From positions 2,573,734 to 2,637,733 of the forward strand of contig OZ243952.1 in assembly GCA_965214615.1 (NCBI GenBank): a stretch of DNA of 64,000 bases. Direction: 5' to 3'. Of this stretch, positions 61,808 to 64,000 are shown piece after piece. The position numbers and the translations under genes are program-made. Numbering within the stretch: position 1 is the stretch's first letter; every line of letters starts with the position of its first letter. This DNA comes from Arenicellales bacterium (lineage in GTDB: Bacteria; Pseudomonadota; Gammaproteobacteria; Arenicellales; JAJDZL01). The notes under the pieces were generated by a model. It was given only the letters and a program-made list of their open reading frames with translations. It did no database searches and was not told the DNA's origin.

Positions 61808-64000
61808 CTAGGCTTTCGGCCGTACAGACTTCGGATCGTACATGGGGCGCAGCGATGCGCGGGCCGCATATCTTTCGCCTGCCACTTCGATCTCGAATGA
61901 TCCGGACTCGATAAGCTGGGAAGTGACGCCGTCGCCGCAATTGACGTATCCGAGCGCAACGCTGGCGCCGAGCGTGTATCCGTACATGGCCGATGTAGTG
62001 CGTCCGACAAACTGTCCGTCGCGGTAGATCGGCTCCTCGTGATAAAGCAAGGGCTCGGGATTTTCAAGCGCAAACTGGACAAGCCGCCTGGTCTGCGGCT
62101 TTTCGCGCTGGGCCGCCAGCGCATCGCGTCCGATAAATCCGCCGGGCTTGTCCCAGGCAACCGCGAATGCCAGTCCTGCCTGAAGCGGCGTATCTTCGTC
62201 GGATATGTCGTGGCCCCAGTGCCGGAATGCCTTTTCGATGCGAAGGGAATTCAGCGCATGGTAGCCGCAATGCTTCAGTCCGTACTGCGCTCCCGCCTGG
62301 ATGATTTCATCATACACGTGCTGCGCGAACTCGCTGGGCATATACAGTTCCCAGCCCAGTTCGCCGACGTAGGTAATGCGCGACGCGCGAACCTGGGCAT
62401 ATCCGGCTTCGATTTCCTTTGAAGTCAGAAACGGAAACGCCCTGTTGGACAGGTCTGCCGATGTGACCTGCGACAGCAGGTCGCGCGAGCGCGGCCCCAT
62501 GATGGAAAGCACCGAGTAGCTCGAGGTGACGTCGGTGGTTACGACTCGCAAGTCCTGGGCGAGATTGCGCCGCAGCCAGTCATGGTCGCGCACCTGGGCG
62601 GCCGCCGACGTCACAATCAGATACTGATCCTGTGCCAGACGCTTGACCGTCAGATCCGCTTCAATGCCTCCCCGGTCATTGAGCCACTGGGTGTACACCA
62701 CGCGGTCTACATCGACCGATACGTCGTTGGCGCATATCCGATTCAGAAACACTTCGGCATCGGCGCCTTGGACGAGGATTTTTGCGAACGAGGTAAGATC
62801 GAAAATGCCGACCCCGTTTCGCACCGCTTCGTGCTCGGCGCGCGCGTATTCAAACCAGTTCTGGCGGCCATAGCTGTATCGGTATTGCGGCTCGACTCCC
62901 TGGGGTGCATACCAGTTCGGCCGCTCCCAGCCGCAGGTCTCGCCAAAGCATGCTCCGTGGTGCGCGAGTCGGTCGTGCAATGGCGACTTTCTCACGTTGC
63001 GGGCGGTCTCGACCTGCCGAAACGGCCAGTGCATCGCATAGAGCAGGCCAAGGGTCTCGGAAATTCTGTCGCACAGGTATCTGCTGTTGTTCTGGAACGG
63101 ATGGACTCTGCGAATATCCACATCCCAGTAGTCGAGCAGCGGGCGGTCGCTGGTAATCCATTCGGCGATCACTTTTCCGGCTCCGCCGGACGACTGGACT
63201 CCGATCGAATTGAAACCGGCGGCCACATAGAAGCCTTTCAGTGAGGGAGATTCTCCCAGATAGTACCGATCGTCCGGGGTGAAGCTCTCAGGGCCGCAGA
63301 AGAAGGTGTGGATGCCGACATCCGCCAGAGACGGAATCCGGTGCAGCGCGTTGTTGAGAGCATCTTCGAACTGGTCCCAGTCTTCCGGAAGCTGATCGAA
63401 GCAGAAGTCTTCGGGTATTCCCTGCATGCCCCACGGCTTGGCCTTTGGCTCGAAAGCGCCGACCAGCAGCTTGCCTGCATCTTCCTTGTAATAGGTAAAT
63501 CCGTTCGGGTCGCGCATCGAAGGCAGCTGCGGTGCAAGTCCGGGGATGGGCTCGGTGACGACGTAATAGTGCTCCGCAGCATGCAAAGGCACTTCGACGC
63601 CGCACATCAGGCCGATTTCGCGCGCCCACATGCCACCGCAATTGACCACAAACCGGGCCTGAATATCGCCCATTTCGGTTCTCACGCCTGTCACTGCTCG
63701 TCCGCGGGTCGATATGCCGGTGACTTTTACATTTTCGAATATTCTTGCGCCGCGCTGGCGGGCGCCTTTGGCATAGGCCTGAACCATATCCAAAGGGTTA
63801 ATCTGGCCATCCTTTGGAACGAACACGCACCCGACGAGATCGTCGATGTTCAGAATCGGGTATTTTTCCAGAGCCTCCTGCGGCGTGATGACATTGGCTT
63901 CAACACCGAAGGATCTTGCCATCGATGCCGTTCGCTTGAGCTCCTCAAACCGTTCGGCATCCGACGCCACCGCAAGCGAGCCATTCTGCCTGTAGCCGGT
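61808..64000 (-). CDS. FAD-dependent dimethylglycine/sarcosine-dehydrogenase-family oxidoreductase with a C-terminal GcvT (aminomethyltransferase) folate-binding domain; 5' end beyond the window
   Basis: The frame stays open up to 64000 (TGYRQNGSLAVASDAERFEELKR...). FFCGPESFTPDDRYYLGESPSLKGFYVAAGFNSIGVQSSGGAGK is the DAO domain end. The GcvT-like C-terminal half (..GVGIFDLTSFAKILVQG..) follows. Confidence 0.8.
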   Translation of the reverse strand, partial: TGYRQNGSLAVASDAERFEELKRTASMARSFGVEANVITPQEALEKYPILNIDDLVGCVFVPKDGQINPLDMVQAYAKGARQRGARIFENVKVTGISTRGRAVTGVRTEMGDIQARFVVNCGGMWAREIGLMCGVEVPLHAAEHYYVVTEPIPGLAPQLPSMRDPNGFTYYKEDAGKLLVGAFEPKAKPWGMQGIPEDFCFDQLPEDWDQFEDALNNALHRIPSLADVGIHTFFCGPESFTPDDRYYLGESPSLKGFYVAAGFNSIGVQSSGGAGKVIAEWITSDRPLLDYWDVDIRRVHPFQNNSRYLCDRISETLGLLYAMHWPFRQVETARNVRKSPLHDRLAHHGACFGETCGWERPNWYAPQGVEPQYRYSYGRQNWFEYARAEHEAVRNGVGIFDLTSFAKILVQGADAEVFLNRICANDVSVDVDRVVYTQWLNDRGGIEADLTVKRLAQDQYLIVTSAAAQVRDHDWLRRNLAQDLRVVTTDVTSSYSVLSIMGPRSRDLLSQVTSADLSNRAFPFLTSKEIEAGYAQVRASRITYVGELGWELYMPSEFAQHVYDEIIQAGAQYGLKHCGYHALNSLRIEKAFRHWGHDISDEDTPLQAGLAFAVAWDKPGGFIGRDALAAQREKPQTRRLVQFALENPEPLLYHEEPIYRDGQFVGRTTSAMYGYTLGASVALGYVNCGDGVTSQLIESGSFEIEVAGERYAARASLRPMYDPKSVRPKA

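Overview
The window has three parts. (1) 1-36487 is the first 36.5 kb of a single giant minus-strand gene. It is absent from the supplied ORF track because it never reaches a stop codon inside the window. It starts at ATG 36487 (MHKFLQFVVLAVLLAVLANTSNASA..., a Sec-type signal peptide) and is still open in the same frame at coordinate 2, giving at least 12,162 codons. It encodes about 92 Calx-beta-like modules of 110-155 aa, in eight types that I label A-H. The modules form 'long' super-repeats (A-B-C-D-E-F-G-H, ~3.15 kb) and 'short' super-repeats (A-G-H, ~1.2 kb). From the N-terminus the order is S-S-S-L-S-L-L-S-L-L-S-S-L-M-L-L-(partial), where M is a 6-module copy with an in-frame deletion. 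Every + strand ORF listed in this region is an antisense shadow of this gene. A G10 homopolymer lies 19-28 nt upstream of the start codon. (2) 36.5-38.4 kb is a small accessory junction. It holds an AT-rich spacer, a frameshifted Rpn/YhgA-like nuclease gene, an orphan higA antitoxin, and a 28-codon higB remnant fused directly to the CCA end of tRNA-Ala(GGC). (3) 38.5-64 kb is mostly ordinary proteobacterial core: gltX, gshB, glnS, a VOC protein, sohB, a gamma-CA-like protein, a quinone oxidoreductase, panC and mmsA. Next comes a nirK(cytochrome c fusion)-nirV-SCO copper nitrite reductase cassette. That cassette is bordered by an intact Rpn nuclease gene and a free-standing Rpn C-terminal fragment with an expanded 12-nt (EGRA)n repeat. 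After it come a class-III aminotransferase divergent from ald-xsc-pta (a sulfoacetaldehyde/taurine-type module), a citrate synthase, a GFA protein, an AlaX-type editing protein, and a dimethylglycine/sarcosine-dehydrogenase-family gene that runs off the window end. I saw no rRNA, CRISPR array, integrase or classical IS. The host is probably a gammaproteobacterium, but that is a low-confidence guess from gene content only.
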